This document shows positions 58,086 through 64,000 of a stretch of DNA of 64,000 bases, piece after piece (the stretch's first letter is position 1; every line of letters starts with the position of its first letter). The position numbers and the translations under genes were made by a program. The DNA is from an uncultured Verrucomicrobiae bacterium (GTDB lineage Bacteria; Verrucomicrobiota; Verrucomicrobiia; Chthoniobacterales; UBA10450). Under the pieces are notes generated by a model. That model worked only from the letters and a program-made list of their open reading frames with translations, was not told the origin of the DNA and did not search any database. The stretch covers positions 192,001-256,000 of the forward strand of contig CAVTMK010000003.1 of the NCBI GenBank assembly GCA_963735805.1. The letters are read 5' to 3'.

Positions 58086-58883
58086 ATGCACAGCAAACTT
58101 TTGGCAACCTTTCCCTCCATCGAGACTTTTGCCAAGAGACCAATCGGGCAGCTTTCCCAAACCGGGCAAAACGGCACTGCGTTTGTCACCACGCATTGGA
58201 GCATCGTTCTAACAGCCCAAGGCGAATCACCAGAGGCTCGCGAAGCCCTCGAAAAGCTGTGTCGCAACTATTGGTGGCCGATTTATGGCTTTGTGCGGCG
58301 CCAAGGCCATACCCCGGAAGAAGCACAGGATCTTACCCAAAGTTTTTTTGCATTCCTGCTTGAGCGAAAAGGCTTGGATACAGTCGGGCCGGAGAAAGGA
58401 CGTTTACGTTCGTTCTTTTTGGCATCGGTAAGGAATTTCCTCGCAAACGCGCACCGTAGCGCAATGACTGGCAAACGCGGACACGGCCGTCCGGCACTGT
58501 GTTTGGAAGAGTTGGTCAGAGGGGAGTATGCCCATCTTGAGCCGCTAGACACTTTGACCGCCGATCGAATTTATGAGCGCGAATGGGCTCTGGCACTGCT
58601 CGATCAGGTGCTTGTCCGACTTGCGGAAGAATATCGGATGGCGGGTAGCGCAGCGTTATTCGACCGATTGAAACAGTTTCTTGTCGGTGAATCGGACCGG
58701 CCTTCGCAGGCCCAAATCGCGCAGGAGTTGGGGATGACCGAAAACGCCGTAAAACAAGCGTTTCACCGTCTCCGTCATCGATATGGCGCTCTGTTGCGCG
58801 ATGAGATTGCGGAGACGGTCGCCAAACCTGCCGAGATTGAAGATGAGTTGCGGCATTTCATCGCTGTATTGCAAAACCAATAG
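58086..58883 (+). CDS. ECF sigma factor of the kinase-associated type
   Basis: FVTTHWSIV, YWWPIYGFVRR, EAQDLTQSFF, KGRLRSFFL, LGMTENAVKQAFHRLR. Confidence 0.9.
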   Translation: MHSKLLATFPSIETFAKRPIGQLSQTGQNGTAFVTTHWSIVLTAQGESPEAREALEKLCRNYWWPIYGFVRRQGHTPEEAQDLTQSFFAFLLERKGLDTVGPEKGRLRSFFLASVRNFLANAHRSAMTGKRGHGRPALCLEELVRGEYAHLEPLDTLTADRIYEREWALALLDQVLVRLAEEYRMAGSAALFDRLKQFLVGESDRPSQAQIAQELGMTENAVKQAFHRLRHRYGALLRDEIAETVAKPAEIEDELRHFIAVLQNQ

Positions 58884-58890
58884 CTGACCA

Positions 58891-61446
58891 ATGAAGAGAG
58901 CCGAGACAACGAATGCCCGAGTTTGCGGTAAATGCGGGAACACGATCTTTGACACCGCGCCGCAGGGACTTTGCAGTGTTTGCCTTTTTGATACAGGCCT
59001 AAGCATTCTGACGGAGTCCGTAGGTGGCCTCAATGCGAAGGATTTTGGAGCTGATAACGACTCCACCTCCACAGACGCAGCAGAACTGTTCAGTGCGTCC
59101 GATGATTATGAGCTACTGGAGGAGATTGGCCGCGGTGGACAGGGTGTTGTGTATCGTGCCAGACAGAAGAGTCTGAACCGCACTGTTGCATTAAAGATCA
59201 TCGGAATCAGCAATGGGAGGACCAAAGCACATCTCAAACGGTTTCGTCTTGAGGCAGAAGCTGCTGCCAGATTGAACCACCCCTTCGTGGTCCCAATCCA
59301 CGAAATCGGGCAGCGGAAGGGCCGCTGTTACTTTAGCATGGGATTAGTCGAAGGAGGTCGACTCGATCAAATTGCTAAAAGCGAACCAATGTCGGCCCGC
59401 CATGCTACCGAAGTGATCGCCAAGCTGGCGCGGACGGTTCATTATGCTCACCAACACGGCATCGTTCATAGAGACATCAAGCCAGGGAACATTCTGCTCG
59501 ATACCAAAGGCGAACCGCATTTGACCGATTTCGGTGTGGCGCGGCTGCTTGAGACGGAAAACGATGCAACTTGTACAATCGAGGTTTCAGGTACGCCAAG
59601 CTACATGGCGCCAGAACAAGCCCATGCAAATAATGGGCATGTCAACTGCGCAACTGATGTTTACGGCCTAGGTGCAGTACTATATCAGCTGATTGCGGGC
59701 CAACCGCCTTTCACCGGCGACACCCCTTTTGAAACAGTCCGCTTATTGTTGGAGACCGAGCCGCGACAACCGCGCCTCTTAAATCCGAAAGTGGATCGTG
59801 ACCTTTCCACGATCTGTTTGAAGTGTCTCGAGAAAGATCCAAAGCGTCGTTATTCTTCTGCGCTCGCGCTGGCGGAAGACCTTGAACACTGGCTAAGATA
59901 CGAACCGATCCGCGCACGCCGCACGGGCGTTCTCGCTCGCGGAAGAAAATGGATACGCCGCAAGCCAGCTGCTGCTGCCTTGGTGGTGATGTCCGTTCTC
60001 CTTGCGTCAGCAGTAGGCGTTATCGTCTGGAAAGTCGGAGCGGTGGGGCGCCAACCATCAACGGGAATCGCCGTATTGCCATTTGAGAATTTGAGCAATG
60101 ACAGAGAGGACGCCTACTTTGCCGAAGGGATACAGGATGAAATTCTGGCCCGCCTGTCCAAGATCGCGGACCTGAAGGTCATCTCACGCACTTCCACGCA
60201 GAAGTACAAAAGCGCGCCGGGCAATCTGCGCGAGATTGCCAAGCAACTTGGGGTGGCAAATGTTCTCGAAGGTAGCGTCCAAAAAGCGGCGGGTCGGGTG
60301 CGGGTTAATGTGCAGCTGATCAACGCGCTGAACGACACCCATCTCTGGGGAGACATTTATGACCGCAAGCTTACTGACATTTTTGCGGTTGAAAGTGACA
60401 TCGCGACAACGGTCGCTGACACGCTGCAGGCGAAGTTAAGCGGCGCGGAGAAACAACTGATAGCGGCCCAGCCGACGAGTGACTTGACCGCCTACGAGTC
60501 TTATCTCAAAGGCCGATCGCTTTGGGGCAAACGCAGTGGGGACAACATCCCGAAGGCAATCGCATTTTATGAGCAGGCGATTGCGCGCGATCCAAAGTAT
60601 GCCCTGGCTTATGCTGGTCTGGCGGAGGCTTACGCTATCCTGCCAGCGTATACCGCGACAGCACCACAAGATGCCTACCCGAAAGCGAAGGCTGCCGCAG
60701 TAAAGGCTCTTCAACTGGATGACAAGCTGGCGGAGGCGCATACTGCGTTGGCATTGATATTGTGCATCGGTGACCTCGATATGGCTGGTTCAATATCGGA
60801 ATTTCAGCGCGCCATCGCGCTGAACCCCAACTACGCAACAGCCCACCATTGGTATGGAAACGGTCCACTCCTTGCCCTAGGCCGGTTTGAAGAAGCGATC
60901 GCTGAGGGCAAACGCGCCGTTGAGCTTGATCCGTTCTCGCCCATTATCAATGCAGACCTGGGACAGAATCTGTTTTGTGCGCGTCGATACGATGAGGCGA
61001 TCGCGCAGTTGCGAAAGACGCTGGAGATTGATCCGACGTTTTATTACGCACATTATAATCTGGGCATGGCACTCCAGCTAAAAGGCGACTTGCCTGCCGC
61101 GATTGCTGAATACACACAGGCACAGCAGTTGAGCGACGATCTTTTTGTTCCAGTGCTGCTCGCATCTGCTAAAGCCAAGTCAGGCGATAAGGATGCGGCC
61201 GTGCGACTACTGGCTGAACTGGAAGAACTCAGCCAGCATCGGCACGTGCCCTCATACTGGCGTGCTTTCCTCTACCTCAGTCTGGGAAATCGCGACGAAG
61301 CAGTTCGTTGGTTGGAGCAAGTTATTGCCGACCATGACGGCCTAAGCATCAACGTGATTAAAGTTGACCCCTGGCTCGATCCACTCCGTGGAGATCCGCG
61401 ATTTGAGGCGTTAGTCCAGAAAGTGGTTGGTCCCAAGCAGAAATAA
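58891..61446 (+). CDS. Ser/Thr kinase with TM, TolB-like domain and TPR repeats
   Basis: CGKC...CSVC, GRGGQGVVY, HRDIKPGN, DFG, GTPSYMAPE, IAVLPFENL, TPRs, LRGDPRFEAL. Confidence 0.94.
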   Translation: MKRAETTNARVCGKCGNTIFDTAPQGLCSVCLFDTGLSILTESVGGLNAKDFGADNDSTSTDAAELFSASDDYELLEEIGRGGQGVVYRARQKSLNRTVALKIIGISNGRTKAHLKRFRLEAEAAARLNHPFVVPIHEIGQRKGRCYFSMGLVEGGRLDQIAKSEPMSARHATEVIAKLARTVHYAHQHGIVHRDIKPGNILLDTKGEPHLTDFGVARLLETENDATCTIEVSGTPSYMAPEQAHANNGHVNCATDVYGLGAVLYQLIAGQPPFTGDTPFETVRLLLETEPRQPRLLNPKVDRDLSTICLKCLEKDPKRRYSSALALAEDLEHWLRYEPIRARRTGVLARGRKWIRRKPAAAALVVMSVLLASAVGVIVWKVGAVGRQPSTGIAVLPFENLSNDREDAYFAEGIQDEILARLSKIADLKVISRTSTQKYKSAPGNLREIAKQLGVANVLEGSVQKAAGRVRVNVQLINALNDTHLWGDIYDRKLTDIFAVESDIATTVADTLQAKLSGAEKQLIAAQPTSDLTAYESYLKGRSLWGKRSGDNIPKAIAFYEQAIARDPKYALAYAGLAEAYAILPAYTATAPQDAYPKAKAAAVKALQLDDKLAEAHTALALILCIGDLDMAGSISEFQRAIALNPNYATAHHWYGNGPLLALGRFEEAIAEGKRAVELDPFSPIINADLGQNLFCARRYDEAIAQLRKTLEIDPTFYYAHYNLGMALQLKGDLPAAIAEYTQAQQLSDDLFVPVLLASAKAKSGDKDAAVRLLAELEELSQHRHVPSYWRAFLYLSLGNRDEAVRWLEQVIADHDGLSINVIKVDPWLDPLRGDPRFEALVQKVVGPKQK

Positions 61447-61971
61447 CAAACGTTCTTCGCGCGACTCTTTACCTTTCGGCTTTGGAGGAGACTCATTTTT
61501 CACCGATAGTGCCTCGTTAGTTATTCCTTGCTCGTAACATTTTGACCGAAAAGTAAAGAAACTTGGCCGACGAATGGGAAACCACCGCTGCGCAACGATA
61601 CGTGGTAACTACTCGGCAACGATTGATCGCCAAGTACGGTAACAACGGATTGACAGTCCGTTGGCAGCAACCCTAGCAACCTGTCGAGAAAGTGAATCGA
61701 GGCCTCGCCACGCCTGCCTGTAGTTACCTAATCTGTAGCGAAACTGGTAACGTTTCTCGGTTCTCGTGGGAAAGCAAAAATAGAATCATCTGATCTTAAA
61801 TCAGTTGGCGGTCGCTTCTGGTTAAGAGTCTGTTGTGAATACTCTGATTCGGTTTTGGTTCCTTCGGTCGTCGCCACTTATTGCCAGATAAATGTCGGTT
61901 TGAGGCATAAACCGGCACTTTCTGGCATTTTCATTTTGCTCCATCGCACGAGGGAAAGACGCCATTTTTTG

Positions 61972-63085
<1,114 letters not shown>

Positions 63086-63122
63086 GACAATTTGCGAACG
63101 CGTTCCGGACCTATCGCCTTGA

Positions 63123-64000
63123 TCACTCTGATTTAAGAGAAGCCATGTCGATCGAGAAACGGTATTTCACATCGGACTTGAGCAATCGCTCGTAGGCTTC
63201 ATTGACTTTCTGAATAGGAATCACTTCGACGTCGGCTGTGACGTTGTGGGCGCCGCAAAAATCGAGCATCTCCTGCGTTTCGGGGATGCCGCCGATGCTG
63301 GAGCCTGAGAAATTGCGACGTCGCACAATGAGGCTGAATGCCGGGACCGCGAGAGGTTCCGCGGGAGCGCCGACCATTGTAAGATTGCCGTCGACACCGA
63401 GTAGATTGATGTATGTGTTGATGTCGTGATTGCCAGAGACGGTGTCGATAACGAAATCGAAGCTGCCTGCGTGTTTTTTCATCTCGTTGGCATTGCGTGA
63501 GACAACAGTTTCGTCAGCCCCGAGGCGCAGCGCGTCCTCTTTCTTGTTAGGCGACGTCGTGAAGACAACGACATGAGCTCCAAACGCATGGGCAAACTTT
63601 ACGGCCATGTGACCTAGCCCACCGAGACCAACCACGCCGACTTTCTTCCCTTTGCCTACGCCCCAGTGGCGCATCGGGGAGTATGTTGTGATTCCAGCGC
63701 AAAGCAACGGCGCAGCGCCGGCAAGTTTGAGATTGGACGGGACGCGCAGGACGAACCGTTCATCGACTACGATACTCTCGGAGTAACCGCCGTAAGTCAC
63801 ACCTCCGAGGTGCTTGTCTGGCGAGTTGAATGTGAGAACCATGTTCGGGCAGAACTGTTCAAGGCCGGCTTTGCAGTGCGGGCAGGTGCCGTCCGAATCG
63901 ACCATGCAACCGACTGCGGCCAGATCCCCGGGTTTGTACTTGGTAACTGCCGAACCGACTTTGGTGACACGCCCGACAATCTCGTGGCCGGGCACGATTG
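63123..64000 (-). CDS. Zinc-dependent NAD(P) alcohol dehydrogenase (cinnamyl-ADH-like), 5' end outside window
   Basis: PGHEIVG, APLLCAGITTYSP, GLGGLG, DVKYRF; frame is open to the window edge. Confidence 0.93.
   Translation of the reverse strand, partial: IVPGHEIVGRVTKVGSAVTKYKPGDLAAVGCMVDSDGTCPHCKAGLEQFCPNMVLTFNSPDKHLGGVTYGGYSESIVVDERFVLRVPSNLKLAGAAPLLCAGITTYSPMRHWGVGKGKKVGVVGLGGLGHMAVKFAHAFGAHVVVFTTSPNKKEDALRLGADETVVSRNANEMKKHAGSFDFVIDTVSGNHDINTYINLLGVDGNLTMVGAPAEPLAVPAFSLIVRRRNFSGSSIGGIPETQEMLDFCGAHNVTADVEVIPIQKVNEAYERLLKSDVKYRFSIDMASLKSE

Overview
This 64 kb window is gene-dense bacterial DNA. The expanded ECF sigma factor/Ser-Thr kinase-TPR pairs, the Pro/Thr-repeat secreted-protein remnant and the gene styles suggest a soil Verrucomicrobiota genome (Chthoniobacterales, Ca. 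Udaeobacter-like); this is an inference, not a search result. The left part is mostly housekeeping: mlaE-F-D, a GT2, lipA, recR, a degenerate class III nucleotide cyclase, an atypical ClpX-like ATPase, a Ser/Thr kinase and rluD. The rest is accessory: a GT4/GH130 pair, an RRM-infA-zinc ribbon-desaturase cluster, cfa, two ECF/kinase modules, a redox cluster with a frameshifted MOSC oxidoreductase, an L,D-transpeptidase, an AI-2E-GAF transporter divergent from a KaiC-like ATPase/histidine kinase/response regulator operon, an alpha-amylase, a PLD, ArsR-SRPBCC, cupins and dehydrogenases. I found no rRNA, tRNA, CRISPR array, transposase or integrase. Best leads: (1) three coupled unknown ORFs leading into an ECF sigma factor with no canonical start codon and its kinase; (2) the KaiC-like signalling locus; (3) a ClpX variant with a duplicated C-terminal domain next to a pseudo-cyclase; (4) a candidate cold-adaptation operon; (5) a candidate switch-like RNA upstream of the PLD gene. 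All family assignments come from motif recognition by eye; no database search was run.
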